Assembly (NCBI GenBank): GCA_048939995.1
Contig: JBHLOY010000004.1
Coordinates: 1 to 64,000, forward strand
DNA: 64,000 nt
From: Promethearchaeota archaeon
GTDB lineage: Archaea > Asgardarchaeota > Lokiarchaeia > Sigyniarchaeales > SOKP01
Reading direction: 5' to 3'
The first letter of the stretch is position 1. Each line of letters opens with the position of its first letter. Both the position numbers and the translations under genes were made by a program. Below are positions 1 to 10,165 of the stretch, one piece after another. The notes under the pieces were generated by a model, which worked only from the letters and a program-made list of their open reading frames with translations, was not told the origin of the DNA and searched no databases.

Positions 1-2
1 CT

Positions 3-941
3 ATTGTTGAGCATATAGAAAATGCTGGAATTCATAGTGGTGATGCAACAATGGCAATTCCTCCACAAACTCTTTCTTATGATATAATATCAAAAATTGA
101 ACAATATACTCAAGAAATTGCTTTAGCTCTAAAAATAAAAGGTCCATTTAATATCCAATATCTTGTTAAAAATGGTGAGCTTTATGTTATTGAATGCAAT
201 TTGCGATCAAGTCGTAGTATGCCATATGTGTCGAAAACACGAGGAATAAATCTGATGAAGTTAGCTGCCGAAGTAATTATGGACAAAAAAATATCAAAAA
301 GGTTAATGCAATTACCAAAGGGAAATTATGTAGCTATTAAGGCGCCTATGTTCTCTTTTATGAGATTAGATAAAGCAGATCCCATTCTGGGTGTAGAAAT
401 GAGCTCTACAGGAGAAGTAGCTTGTATAGGGAACGATTTTCCTGATGCCTTAATGAAGTCCCTCGAGGCAACTGAAATGAATATCCCTATTAATGAAGGA
501 AATGTTTTAATTTCTGTAGGAGGGGAACATTTAAAACAAAAAACAATACCATTAGCCAAAAAGCTAAAAGAACTAGGATTTACAATATTTGCCACTGAGG
601 ATACAAAAAGGGTTTTAAGCGAAAATGACATCGATGCAGTTCGATTATATAAAGTTCATGAGTATGGAATGGAACCTAATATTATAAGCTGTTTACAAAA
701 TGGGCGGATTGATATGGTTATTAATATCCCCTTACCAACAACAATCGAAGAAAAATTCAAGAAAATCATGGAGGATGAATATGCAATTCGGAGGATGGCA
801 GTTGATTTTAACATCCCAGTGATTATAAATTTGCAATTAGCTGAAGCAATTGTTAACGCTATTGAAAATGTTCGCAGAAAAAATATTGAAATTAAATCTT
901 TAAATGAGTATCATAAAACACTAAAAGAGATTTATTGGTAA
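3..941 (+). CDS. carB: Carbamoyl-phosphate synthase large subunit, C-terminal part (gene begins before the window)
   Basis: Frame is open from base 3 (IVEHIENAGIHSGDAT). Has VIECNLRSSRS, GVEMSSTGEV and an MGS domain (FATEDT, IDMVINIP). Confidence 0.95.
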   Translation: MVEHIENAGIHSGDATMAIPPQTLSYDIISKIEQYTQEIALALKIKGPFNIQYLVKNGELYVIECNLRSSRSMPYVSKTRGINLMKLAAEVIMDKKISKRLMQLPKGNYVAIKAPMFSFMRLDKADPILGVEMSSTGEVACIGNDFPDALMKSLEATEMNIPINEGNVLISVGGEHLKQKTIPLAKKLKELGFTIFATEDTKRVLSENDIDAVRLYKVHEYGMEPNIISCLQNGRIDMVINIPLPTTIEEKFKKIMEDEYAIRRMAVDFNIPVIINLQLAEAIVNAIENVRRKNIEIKSLNEYHKTLKEIYW

Positions 942-969
942 AAATAAAAAATGATTAATTATAATTAAT

Positions 970-1920
970 TTAACGTTGAATTTTGGTAAATATCCAAGGA
1001 ACTAGTGTTGTTAATATCATTGCTAAGATAAAATATCTGGTAAATTCCCACATCTGGCCATTTAATGGAATATAACGCAATCCTAAGTAAAGTACTAAAC
1101 TAACAATTATACCGATTATAAAGTTTAATACTTTTTGTTTTGTAGTGATTTGTGTTGGGTCATAACCTATATATTCCTTGTTTATAACATATCCTAAAGA
1201 TAGTCCCATAATACCCCCTGTTATTAAACCATAGTCGGATTCAGATGTAGGGAAGATTAATATCGCAATTATGAATAACACTATAGGTATTATAATCGAG
1301 ATTAGAATTTTTGTTATAAAGTTAAATTTACTTACGATCTCTGAGACTTTTGGCTCTAATAATATGAAAAAGATTAACCATACTATTCCTATTAGTAGTC
1401 CGCCCCAAATATCTTGAATATCATGAACTCCTAAAATTACCCGAGAAATAGCTATTAAGTATACAAGAATCATGAAAATCCAAGACAAATATTTCTTCCC
1501 CTTTCGATAAGATTCATATCCTAAATATGCATAACCTGCGACACTTTGTTGTGCATGTCCTGAAGGAAAGCCTGGATCAGTGTATCGATTATCATTTGTC
1601 CATGGTCTTTGGTCTTGGATTATATCCTTTAATAATGAATTAAGGTAATAGGATCCTAAAAGACTCAAAGCAAAGTTTTTAGCAAATCTAACGTCATAAA
1701 CATACCAGATTGTAACCATTACCAAAATTAAAAAGGTTGTATCTCCCAAAAAGCTTATTGCACCAAAAATCTTATCAACTATATAATTTGCATAGAAAAA
1801 TTCACAGATGGAAATGTTATATCCAGTAAGTATTAATAATAAGCCAACAACGAAAATAACTGCAATAGTTATAAGAATAAATATGAAGAATTTTTTTGTT
1901 AGAATTTCAGTTTCACTCAA
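970..1920 (-). CDS. PAP2-family membrane phosphatase
   Basis: KxxxxxxRP, FPSGH and SRVILGVH motifs; several TM segments. Confidence 0.9.
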   Translation of the reverse strand: MSETEILTKKFFIFILITIAVIFVVGLLLILTGYNISICEFFYANYIVDKIFGAISFLGDTTFLILVMVTIWYVYDVRFAKNFALSLLGSYYLNSLLKDIIQDQRPWTNDNRYTDPGFPSGHAQQSVAGYAYLGYESYRKGKKYLSWIFMILVYLIAISRVILGVHDIQDIWGGLLIGIVWLIFFILLEPKVSEIVSKFNFITKILISIIIPIVLFIIAILIFPTSESDYGLITGGIMGLSLGYVINKEYIGYDPTQITTKQKVLNFIIGIIVSLVLYLGLRYIPLNGQMWEFTRYFILAMILTTLVPWIFTKIQR

Positions 1921-2099
1921 ATAATATCCCCTTTTTCTCTAAAATTGTTAATAAAGGTTTAACATATGATATTCTTGCTACCTTTATATAAAAAAATTGG
2001 GTATCCTAAGAAAATAATTTGATTATAATAGAAAGTTTGAAAAATTTTAAAATACTTAATAATTTTTAGATAAACTTACAGATTTAGCAAAGAAAAGAA

Positions 2100-2414
2100 G
2101 TGAAACTAAAGGATTCGGGTGTTAAATTAATTTATTATCGTGGATATATTTTGATTCGGCTTAAGATTATCGACACCCAATGGGATATTGTTAAAAAGTT
2201 AGAAGAGTTTAACTTAAAAAACAAAACTAAAGATTGGGAAATCACATACGTAACTCCAACATATGGTGGATGGGATTTATTAATTGAATGCATTTTTAGT
2301 AGTTTAAGTGATTTGGAGAAAATTATATCCTTTTGCCGATTAGATAAGGACTTGAAAAGCTGGATTGAGACAACAACCACTCTAATTAGTGTCAGAGATA
2401 ACTTTCAAACTTAA
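2100..2414 (+). CDS. Stand-alone Lrp/AsnC-type ligand-binding (ferredoxin-like fold) protein
   Basis: YILI...TYGGWDLLIE...TTTLI pattern resembles the AsnC C-terminal domain; no HTH. Confidence 0.55.
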   Translation: MKLKDSGVKLIYYRGYILIRLKIIDTQWDIVKKLEEFNLKNKTKDWEITYVTPTYGGWDLLIECIFSSLSDLEKIISFCRLDKDLKSWIETTTTLISVRDNFQT

Positions 2415-2426
2415 AAGAACCTTAAC

Positions 2427-3434
2427 TTAGATAAGATTATTTATGATAATTTCTGAAATATCTGATGAATATTCTCCAGTTCTCCTAATACTTTCTATAA
2501 TATTTCCGATTTCAATAGCAAATTGACCTGCATTTTCTGAATTAAATATTATTTTTTCACAGGCATTTAACAACTTATCAATCGATTCAATATTTTCATT
2601 TGCTAATTTAAGGTCTTTTCTTAACCATGCATCAAGACTAATGTTTAGTAGATCTAAAGAAATTTTACTTACATCAGTAATACTTTTGAATAGCTTTTTA
2701 TCAATTTTTTCATAATCGATTTTTAATACATTTCTAGCAATCTTTACAGCATGATCCCCTATTCGTTCCAAAAACTTACTTATAAATTGAAAATTACTTG
2801 CATCTTCCAATGTTATATTCATTTTTTGGCATAATATGATATCTCTAAGGACAATATGGGATTGACGTTCAACCAACCAATTAAGCTTATCAACCTGATC
2901 GTCTCTTACTATAACTTTCATTGCTAATTTTTTATCCCCGGTTTCTAAGGCCATAACTGCATCCTCGTGCATAGACTGAGCTAATATATACATACGTTTA
3001 ATAGTTTTCTCAAAGGGCATCTCTCTAGGGTTTATCAAGTCTTTAATGAATATAAACTGGCTAGTCTCTTCTATAATTTCAGGTCCCATTGCTATATTAA
3101 TAAAACTTTCTATACATTCTCTTATTTCTGACTTAAATTTACTTTTGCTTGTTTTAATCTTAATAATCGTATATCCCATAACGTATGCTCCAATGAGTAA
3201 TCGAAATAAATATGTTGGATTATTAATCCCATCAACATCAAAAACTTTCTCTTTTACATATTCTTGAGAATTTATATAGGGTGTTATTAATAAGTTCCCA
3301 TCAGGCTGAGAGAGGATTCCTATCGTATCTTTTGCCACAATTCCATGTTTTTCAATCCATTCTTTTGGAAGACTGATTATAAATGAAGAGCCCCCCGTTT
3401 GCTGGACTCTTCTTGTATCGATATTATATTCCAT
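2427..3434 (-). CDS. phoU: Archaeal phosphate uptake regulator, AbrB-like N-terminus plus PhoU domains
   Basis: RRVQQTGGSSFIISLPKEW (AbrB-like); RDDQVD and LERIGDHA (PhoU). Confidence 0.92.
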   Translation of the reverse strand: MEYNIDTRRVQQTGGSSFIISLPKEWIEKHGIVAKDTIGILSQPDGNLLITPYINSQEYVKEKVFDVDGINNPTYLFRLLIGAYVMGYTIIKIKTSKSKFKSEIRECIESFINIAMGPEIIEETSQFIFIKDLINPREMPFEKTIKRMYILAQSMHEDAVMALETGDKKLAMKVIVRDDQVDKLNWLVERQSHIVLRDIILCQKMNITLEDASNFQFISKFLERIGDHAVKIARNVLKIDYEKIDKKLFKSITDVSKISLDLLNISLDAWLRKDLKLANENIESIDKLLNACEKIIFNSENAGQFAIEIGNIIESIRRTGEYSSDISEIIINNLI

Positions 3435-3496
3435 ATATATACCTTTGTGGTTTTCTATTAATTTTTATTACTTCCTATTTAGAATAATTATATCTT

Positions 3497-3517
3497 TATA
3501 GAAAAGGATTTTCTATA
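3497..3517. promoter_or_regulatory. Inverted repeat upstream of phoU, candidate operator
   Basis: TATAGAAAA-GGA-TTTTCTATA, perfect 9-bp arms, about 60 bp upstream of the phoU start. Confidence 0.45.
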
Positions 3518-3700
3518 TATTTTATATATTATCTCTATTAAAAATCTAAAAATCTAAACTAAGAAACTATAGTTCTAAAAATATGCATATATAGATGAGT
3601 TAGAAAATATATAAACAAATTAGATCTTTAAGTTAGATCGATTGCATTGATTAAATTACTGGTAGGTTTAAAAAGTTTAACCTAAAATAAAATTATTGAG

Positions 3701-4528
3701 ATGAACAAAACACAAGAAAGTAGTTCAGAATCAATTGAGCATATTAGGATTAAAAGGTTTCTGTATGATAATCTCCCACTTCATAATCAAATAGTATTTA
3801 TTAAACAAGAGTATAGGACAGCCGATCAGATTGCAGATCTATATATTGAATTAATAAACGGTATAAAGATTGCCATAGAGATTCAGCATTCAAAAATAAC
3901 TAAAAAGGATTTAATAGTTCGAACAAAAAATTATAATCAGGAAGGAATCTGGGTTTTATGGATATTAAATGGCAATGGACCGTATTATTATAGAATACCC
4001 AAGAATGAGCAAGGCGTGATAGTATCTTCCTCAGAAAAAGTATTACATAATCTATATCAAGGTAGAGTATACTATATGAATATGGCAAAGGATAAAGTGG
4101 TTGCTCCGATTTATTCTGTTCATTTTTCCTCCTATTACAGGAAAAAACTTTCTTCATACGAATCAATTCACTATAAGAAATCAACAATGAAAAGATCCCT
4201 AGTATATAGTTTAATTTCTTCATTGAATCTCAAAGTATTCAGTAATTCAGGATTAAAATTAGCACGATTTAGCGATAAAAACATAAAGAAACAATGCAAA
4301 AATGACGTAGTGCACCTAATGAATGCGTTCATAATATACCAATCTAAAAACGCTCCCTCTTCAGAAGCGCAAGGGTTACCATTAGGCTATATTATTCGGA
4401 GATTCTCTAAGCTTTATGGCAAATTCCTATTATTTGATGTTTTAAAGGAATTGAGATTTTTAAAAAATCAAGATATTAAATACTTTCTTAATGAAGAATT
4501 ACATTTTAAAAAGCATTTACTTAGCTAA
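3701..4528 (+). CDS. CoiA-like PD-(D/E)XK nuclease family protein
   Basis: ESxEH, EY...IADLY...IAIEIQHS, RTxxYxxxGIWVLWI. Confidence 0.75.
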   Translation: MNKTQESSSESIEHIRIKRFLYDNLPLHNQIVFIKQEYRTADQIADLYIELINGIKIAIEIQHSKITKKDLIVRTKNYNQEGIWVLWILNGNGPYYYRIPKNEQGVIVSSSEKVLHNLYQGRVYYMNMAKDKVVAPIYSVHFSSYYRKKLSSYESIHYKKSTMKRSLVYSLISSLNLKVFSNSGLKLARFSDKNIKKQCKNDVVHLMNAFIIYQSKNAPSSEAQGLPLGYIIRRFSKLYGKFLLFDVLKELRFLKNQDIKYFLNEELHFKKHLLS

Positions 4529-4607
4529 AGATGTTTTTTAATAATCAATAAATATACTTATTATTACTAATAGTATGAATTGTAAAGATAAAATTCAATG
4601 AGTATCA

Positions 4608-6749
4608 ATGGTTTCGGAAAAAACTAAATCCACGGAAGAATATGTCTTTGAATTTTATGATGAAGATTATGCTAAAACTCTCGAAGAAGAAATTTTAGAA
4701 AAGAAAGAGAGCTATAACGAAATTGATTTCGAAAATGACCTAAACGAGGAACAACTCGAAGTAGTAAACAATATCCACGGTCCAATGCTAGTTATTGCTG
4801 GAGCAGGCTCAGGAAAAACGAGAACGATTGTATACTCAGTTGCTAAACTACTTCTTACTGGAGTAAAACCAAGTGAAATCATGTTAGTAACCTTCACTAA
4901 TAAAGCTGCGAATGAAATGATTAAGAGGGTAGAACAGCTTCTTGGCAAAAGACCAAAAGGGATATGGGCAGGAACTTTTCACTCACTAGCTAATCGATTT
5001 TTAAGGATGTATGCAAAGACTATGGGTTTAAAACCAAATTATATTATCATGGATGAGACTGACTCAAGAGGATTAATGAAGCTTGCTATTAATGAAGCTA
5101 ACGTAAAAGAGGAGATTGAAGAAAGATTCCCAACAGCAGCAATGTGTAAAGATATACTTTCTTTTTCGATAAATTGTAATAAAGAAATCAATGAAGTTAT
5201 TCAGTGGAAATATAGCCAATTTGATAGTGAGCCAGTTTTCCAAAAATTAAAACAAGTTTTTGAGATTTATAGAAAAAAGAAGGCAAAAGACAATCTGGTT
5301 GATTTTGATGATCTTTTGGTATTTTGGAACAAGTTATTAGATGAGAGATTTGTGGCAAGGCTTGTAGCCAAACGAATTAAGTATATTCTAGTAGATGAAT
5401 ATCAAGATACAAATTATATCCAAGATGAAATTATCTATAAAATAGCTCAACAAAATACAGAACATAATGTTATGGCTGTTGGGGACGACGCTCAAAGCAT
5501 CTATGCATTTAGAGGGGCAAATTATGAAAATATTTTAAATTTTGAAGCAAAATATAAGGATTGCAAGCGATATACTATTACTTTTAATTACCGAAGTATT
5601 CCTCAAATTTTAGAATTGGCAAACGATTCAATTAGATACAATAAGCGGCAATACCATAAGAATATGAAACCCACGAGGCAAATAGGAATCAAGCCATATC
5701 AAGTGAATGTTGGTGATGACTGGGATCAAGCACGCTTTATAGCAAATCAAATCTTAAAATTACGATCAGATGGGTTTGAATTATCTGAAATGGCAATATT
5801 AATTAGAGCTGGATCTCATTCTCTAAGAATTGAGATGGAACTAAAAGCTAAAAATATTCCATATGAAGTACGAGCTGGAGTAGCATTTTTTGAAAAGGCC
5901 CATATTAAAGATATGTTAGCTCATTTAAAAATAATTGAAAATCCATATGATGAGATTTCTTGGATGAGAATATTCTCAATAATCCAAGGAATTGGTACTA
6001 AATCGGGCCTTAAATTGTTCGATGCGATTTCTAAAACTGACAATCCCATTCAAAGTATATCCAGTAAGATGTTCCTTGAAGAAAATTTGAAAAGATCAAG
6101 GATATCTAAACTAGGAAAGAAAAAACTTATTAACCACATAAAACAACTCATTCCTTTTACATCTGAAGATAATGCCGATGAAGTCATCCAAAATTTAATC
6201 CCATTACTTGAAGATCATATAAAAACTAAATATGAAAATTGGCAAGATCGACTAGAGGATTTGGTGCAATTAAGTATTTATGCTAAAAATTTTCCATCGG
6301 TGCAAAAGTTCTTAGAAAATTTAAGTTTGAATTATTCTAATTTGGAATCAAAAACAGTCATCATGGGAGATCAAAAATTAGAAGAGAATCCAATAATTTT
6401 ATCTACAATACATCGAGCTAAGGGACTTGAATGGAGAGTTGTATTTATTCCTATGTTATGTGAAAATTTCTTTCCTTCAAGCAGAACAATAGGCGATATC
6501 GACGCTTTTGAAGAAGAACGAAGAGTATTTTATGTTGCAGTAACAAGAGCAAAAGATCAACTTTATTTGATATCCCCCTCTATTATTCAAACCTTTAGGG
6601 ATAATCAACTAACAAAAATCTCCCAATTTATCTCGGAACTAAATCAGAAGCTATATCGAAAATCGTCTGTAGAATTCAAATCGGAAAAAAAGAAATCAAA
6701 AAAGTCATTATTCACTTCAGCATTTGATTTAGTTGATAAAAGCAATTAA
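4608..6749 (+). CDS. uvrD: UvrD/PcrA superfamily 1 DNA helicase
   Basis: AGAGSGKT, VTFTNKAA, DEYQD, VGDDAQSIY, NYRS, TIHRAKGLE, EEERRVFYVAVTRAK. Confidence 0.95.
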   Translation: MVSEKTKSTEEYVFEFYDEDYAKTLEEEILEKKESYNEIDFENDLNEEQLEVVNNIHGPMLVIAGAGSGKTRTIVYSVAKLLLTGVKPSEIMLVTFTNKAANEMIKRVEQLLGKRPKGIWAGTFHSLANRFLRMYAKTMGLKPNYIIMDETDSRGLMKLAINEANVKEEIEERFPTAAMCKDILSFSINCNKEINEVIQWKYSQFDSEPVFQKLKQVFEIYRKKKAKDNLVDFDDLLVFWNKLLDERFVARLVAKRIKYILVDEYQDTNYIQDEIIYKIAQQNTEHNVMAVGDDAQSIYAFRGANYENILNFEAKYKDCKRYTITFNYRSIPQILELANDSIRYNKRQYHKNMKPTRQIGIKPYQVNVGDDWDQARFIANQILKLRSDGFELSEMAILIRAGSHSLRIEMELKAKNIPYEVRAGVAFFEKAHIKDMLAHLKIIENPYDEISWMRIFSIIQGIGTKSGLKLFDAISKTDNPIQSISSKMFLEENLKRSRISKLGKKKLINHIKQLIPFTSEDNADEVIQNLIPLLEDHIKTKYENWQDRLEDLVQLSIYAKNFPSVQKFLENLSLNYSNLESKTVIMGDQKLEENPIILSTIHRAKGLEWRVVFIPMLCENFFPSSRTIGDIDAFEEERRVFYVAVTRAKDQLYLISPSIIQTFRDNQLTKISQFISELNQKLYRKSSVEFKSEKKKSKKSLFTSAFDLVDKSN

Positions 6750-6856
6750 AAATATATCGCTTGTATTTAGAGCCATTATTATCTTAATCTACAAAACTTT
6801 CTGAAACGTTTATATTCAATAAATTCTATAATAGGATAGCAAAGAAAGATTGAGCT

Positions 6857-7381
6857 ATGAAAAAATTCCTAAGTTTTAAATTCATCATTCTGGGAGATGG
6901 GGGAGTAGGTAAAACTACACTTTTACGTAGATATGTGGAAGGAAGATTTTTGGATACAACCACTATGACTATTGGAGTCGAATTTCTAACAAAACAAATC
7001 GAAATAGATTCTAATATGTGCCAATTGATTTTATGGGACATTTCTGGCCAGGAAAGATTCCGATTTATGATAGATAAATATATTAAGGGCGCAAGTGGGG
7101 CTTTAGTTCTGTTTGATATCACTAACATGACTAGTTTTGTAAATATTGGAAAATGGGTTCAACTTGTTAAAAAGTACTATCAAAACCTGCCAATTGCTTT
7201 AATTGCTGCTAAATGTGACTTGGAAGAATTTTCGATGGTAGCAGATATTTACGCGAAGAGAACTCAAAAACGTTTTGAAATGGTCGATTATATAAAAACT
7301 TCTGCGAAAAATGGATTAAATGTGGAACTTGCTTTTGAATGCTTAGTGAATTTTGCAATCAAAACTGACAATTCTATTTAA
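6857..7381 (+). CDS. Rab/Ras-like small GTPase
   Basis: GDGGVGKT, TIGVEF, WDISGQERF, AKCD, TSAK; no C-terminal Cys prenylation motif. Confidence 0.93.
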   Translation: MKKFLSFKFIILGDGGVGKTTLLRRYVEGRFLDTTTMTIGVEFLTKQIEIDSNMCQLILWDISGQERFRFMIDKYIKGASGALVLFDITNMTSFVNIGKWVQLVKKYYQNLPIALIAAKCDLEEFSMVADIYAKRTQKRFEMVDYIKTSAKNGLNVELAFECLVNFAIKTDNSI

Positions 7382-7398
7382 AGCTTTTAAAGTTTAAT

Positions 7399-7503
7399 AT
7401 GGAGAGAAAAGGAATACTTATCATTTGCATACATAATGCTGTTCGTTCACAGATGGCAGAAGGGTTAATCAATGCGTTATATAATGATAAATTTGAGGAT
7501 TAA
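7399..7503 (+). pseudogene. Truncated arsenate reductase / LMW-PTP N-terminal fragment (34 aa)
   Basis: My translation MERKGILIICIHNAVRSQMAEGLINALYNDKFED* carries the CX5R loop and RSQMAEG, then stops. Confidence 0.8.
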
Positions 7504-7626
7504 AGAAGACTTAATTCCAAATTTTAACAGTTTATAATCTAAAGTTAAATCCTACTTTCTATTCAATTAGATTTAATAATAAGTTCTTTTATCATAAATA
7601 TACTATAAATAATGCTTGATTGAAAA

Positions 7627-8184
7627 ATGTCAGAAAAAGCTAAACTCAAACTTTGTATTTTTGGAGATGGAGGGGTCGGGAAAACATCTTTAACTCAACG
7701 CTATTTAACCCAAGTTTTTGATGAAGATCTCAAAATGACTATTGGGACTGATCTTTGTGTAAAAGATGTAAATATCGATAACTTGAATGCTAGACTACAA
7801 ATTTGGGATTTTGCTGGAGAAGAACGCTACAAAGTACTTTTTCCAAGTTTTGTAAAAGGTGCCCACGGGGGAATATTCATGTTTGATGTCACAAGACATA
7901 CCACTTTAAAAAATCTGGATGGTTGGCTCTCATTTTTCAAAGAAGAAATGGAAGCAACTAATAAACATATTCCCATTATAATGGTAGGAAGTAAATTAGA
8001 TCTAGGCGATAATAGATCTATATCTACAGAAGACGGAATTGAAATTGCAAGATCAAGCAATCTACAAGGATATTTCGAATGCTCAGCTAAAACAGGAGAA
8101 AATATTGATAATATTTTCGAAAATATTACACGATTGATGCTAATGGAAGAAGGACTAATAGAAAAAAATGATATTATAGGTTAA
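7627..8184 (+). CDS. Rab/Ras-like small GTPase
   Basis: GDGGVGKT, TIGTDL, WDFAGEERY, SKLD, CSAK. Confidence 0.93.
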   Translation: MSEKAKLKLCIFGDGGVGKTSLTQRYLTQVFDEDLKMTIGTDLCVKDVNIDNLNARLQIWDFAGEERYKVLFPSFVKGAHGGIFMFDVTRHTTLKNLDGWLSFFKEEMEATNKHIPIIMVGSKLDLGDNRSISTEDGIEIARSSNLQGYFECSAKTGENIDNIFENITRLMLMEEGLIEKNDIIG

Positions 8185-8325
8185 ATCTAATTCTCTTTAA
8201 TATTTCAGAAAGTTAAAGTTTTATAATAAAAACTAAATTACAATTAATTTCCATTTAATTTAATTTGGTAAAATTCATTAAATATTGATTTTTATTACTC
8301 TTATCTTGTATAATTAGGAGCAAAA

Positions 8326-10164
8326 TTGAATATGGAAACTAATCTAGAAACAATTCCAGAATCGCAGTATTCAGAGTTTTCACCAGGCAAAGATCCTTTT
8401 GAAAAGGCTCGAAAAAAGGGTCTTCGAAGATGGATATTATCTCATATTTTTTATGGGAGTAATAAATTATTTATTTTTATCGTTCTATTTACAACCATTT
8501 TTGCTTCAGTTTTAGCATCAATTACATCTATAACTATTGGGCTTGCAGTTGAGGAATTTTTAATGGCTAATATTGATAGCCTTATAACTTACACAATTCT
8601 AATTTTAATACTTGGTCTTTTTACTCCGATATTTAGGCTAATAAATTATTTACAAAGAGAATTATTAGCTCAAAGATTAGAAAGAGATACTCGCCAAGAG
8701 TTTTTTACTAACTTATTAGGTAAAAGTCAGTCATTTCATGATATTCAAAAAATAGGAGATTTAATGGCACGTGCAACAGATGATGTTCGGATGTTAAACT
8801 TTCTCATGAGTCCTGCAATCTCATTGATTTTTGAATCTTTTACATCGTTGATTATCCCAATATTTTTTATTATTTTTTATTATCCCATTGAATTGGTTTT
8901 AGAACCTATTGTCTATACATTAATTTTCTTAATTACTTTAAGATCCTACAATCGCAAGTTATCCCCGGTAACTGGGAAGCTAAGGATGAATTATGGAATG
9001 CTTAATGCTACTCTAAATGAAACTTTATCAGGTATTCAAGTTGTAAAAGGATCTACTAAAGAAATTTACGAGTTAGATAAGTATGCCACCTACGCAAAAA
9101 ATTATAGTGATGCGTTTATCGAACAAGGAAAAATTCAAGCAAAATATCTTCCCATTCTATTTTTAGCATTAACTATTACTATAGGGTTTACTCACTCTCT
9201 AATTTTATTTTTAAATGGAGTAATAAATGTAGGTCAAATAATCTCTTACTTAGCCCTATTAGGATTACTAAGATTTCCAACGTTTATTTCAATATTTGTG
9301 TTTGCTATTGTTAGGTTAGCTAGTTCTAGTGCTCAAAGATTACTTGAATTAATGAATAAAACAACAGAAATCAATGAAAATCCTAAAGGGGTACAGAGAG
9401 AACTCAAGGCAGCTATAAAATTTGATAATGTTTCATTTAAATATCCTGGTAGCGATAAATATGTTTTAAGGAATATATCATTTGAAATAAAACCAGGACA
9501 AACAGTAGCAATTGTTGGTACGACAGGTTCTGGAAAAACCACGTTAACAAAATTGCTATCAAGATTATATGATGTCTCAGAAGGCAAGATTTTAATTGAT
9601 AATATTGATATTAGAGATTACGCATTGAAGTCTTTGAGAAAACAAATTTCCTATATTGAACAAGATGTATTTTTATTTTCTTTTTCTGTATTTGAAAATA
9701 TAACTTTTGGAAGAACAGGAAATTTAGAACAAGTAGTTAATGCTGCTAAACAAGCTCAAGCTCATGAATTTATCTTAAATCTACCAGAAGGTTACGAATC
9801 TAAAATAGGAGAGCGAGGAGTGCAATTAAGTGGAGGAGAAAGACAAAGAATTGCAATTGCAAGAGCATTTCTATCTAATCCAAAGATTCTTATTTTAGAT
9901 GATTCTACTTCAGCAATAGATTCTAATACAGAAGATAAAATACAATATGCAATTAAAAATATTCTAAAAAACCGTAGTACTTTCCTCATAACTCATCGTT
10001 TAAGTCAAATTAGATGGGCAGATCTTATTATCGTGTTAAAAGACGGAAAGATTGAAGCGAAAGGAGAACACAGTGAATTACTCAGAACCTCAGAAGAGTA
10101 CAGAAAAATTTTTGTTAAGAAATTTGATTTAGATGAAGAGCAATTAATGAAAGGAGTGATTTAA
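8326..10164 (+). CDS. Heterodimeric ABC exporter subunit A (TMD+NBD)
   Basis: TM domain, GTTGSGKT, LSGGE, degenerate Walker B ILILDD. Confidence 0.93.
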   Translation: MNMETNLETIPESQYSEFSPGKDPFEKARKKGLRRWILSHIFYGSNKLFIFIVLFTTIFASVLASITSITIGLAVEEFLMANIDSLITYTILILILGLFTPIFRLINYLQRELLAQRLERDTRQEFFTNLLGKSQSFHDIQKIGDLMARATDDVRMLNFLMSPAISLIFESFTSLIIPIFFIIFYYPIELVLEPIVYTLIFLITLRSYNRKLSPVTGKLRMNYGMLNATLNETLSGIQVVKGSTKEIYELDKYATYAKNYSDAFIEQGKIQAKYLPILFLALTITIGFTHSLILFLNGVINVGQIISYLALLGLLRFPTFISIFVFAIVRLASSSAQRLLELMNKTTEINENPKGVQRELKAAIKFDNVSFKYPGSDKYVLRNISFEIKPGQTVAIVGTTGSGKTTLTKLLSRLYDVSEGKILIDNIDIRDYALKSLRKQISYIEQDVFLFSFSVFENITFGRTGNLEQVVNAAKQAQAHEFILNLPEGYESKIGERGVQLSGGERQRIAIARAFLSNPKILILDDSTSAIDSNTEDKIQYAIKNILKNRSTFLITHRLSQIRWADLIIVLKDGKIEAKGEHSELLRTSEEYRKIFVKKFDLDEEQLMKGVI

Positions 10165-10165
10165 T

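Noticed and set aside
930-941. CarB also ends in an HbYX-like IYW
   Set aside because: A single occurrence can be chance; there is no paralog support as there is for the WNC family.
3560-3573. 14-mer TAAGAAACTATAGT also present inverted at 31007-31020
   Set aside because: By rough estimate, several such matches are expected by chance among AT-rich intergenic regions.
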